Virus record (IMG/VR): IMGVR_UViG_3300033067_001182
Location: 1-33,730 of that record
From: a virus
Taxonomy: Duplodnaviria; Caudoviricetes
Strand: one strand, 5' to 3'
DNA: 33,730 nucleotides
This document shows, piece after piece, positions 33,688-33,730 of the stretch. The position numbers and the translations under genes are program-made. A model generated the notes under the pieces. It had not been told where the DNA came from. It made no database searches and worked only from the letters and a program-made list of their open reading frames with translations. The first letter of the stretch is position 1. The number at the start of each line of letters is the position of its first letter.

Positions 33688-33730
33688 GTGTTCACCGTGT
33701 TCACCGTGTTCACCGTGTTCACCGTGTTCA
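33688..33730. repeat. 9-bp perfect tandem repeat (GTGTTCACC), at least 4.8 copies, truncated by the window edge
   Basis: gtgttcacc repeated to the end of the sequence. Confidence 0.9.

Noticed and set aside
1-33730. tRNA genes, integrase/att sites, introns or inteins, alternative genetic code
   Set aside because: No cloverleaf or T-loop consensus was found, and no integrase. TerL, portal and MCP are uninterrupted and of normal size, and the standard code gives dense coupled gene coverage.

Overview
About 34 kb of a GC-rich tailed dsDNA phage with podovirus (P22-like) architecture. Essentially all real genes are on the minus strand, and most plus-strand ORFs in the track are antisense shadows. 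In transcription order (right to left): TerL, Zn-ribbon protein, portal, FmdB-like Zn ribbon, radical SAM/Twitch enzyme, NeuB-like nonulosonate synthase, Maf/DUF115 protein 1, scaffold, major capsid, two paralogous decoration-like proteins, Maf/DUF115 protein 2, adaptor, nozzle, three ejection proteins (the largest 1877 aa with HExxH and LPD38-like motifs), tail/receptor proteins, a PD-(D/E)xK nuclease, spanin-like and holin-like genes with no recognisable endolysin, and a terminator. An early operon follows with an ERF recombinase carrying an SSB-like tail, many small Cys-rich genes and a pentapeptide-repeat protein running off the left edge. The best candidate for a new system is the NeuB-like + radical SAM + two Maf-type genes interleaved with the head genes, alongside unusually basic, Ser/Thr/Ala-rich virion proteins. 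This suggests phage-encoded virion glycosylation with an acidic nonulosonate-like sugar (inference). Also seen: four sigma70-like promoters that all have 16-bp spacers, an antisense promoter driving a (GGCNN)8 tract, and two structured non-coding RNA candidates. All family calls are from motifs recognised by eye; no searches were run.
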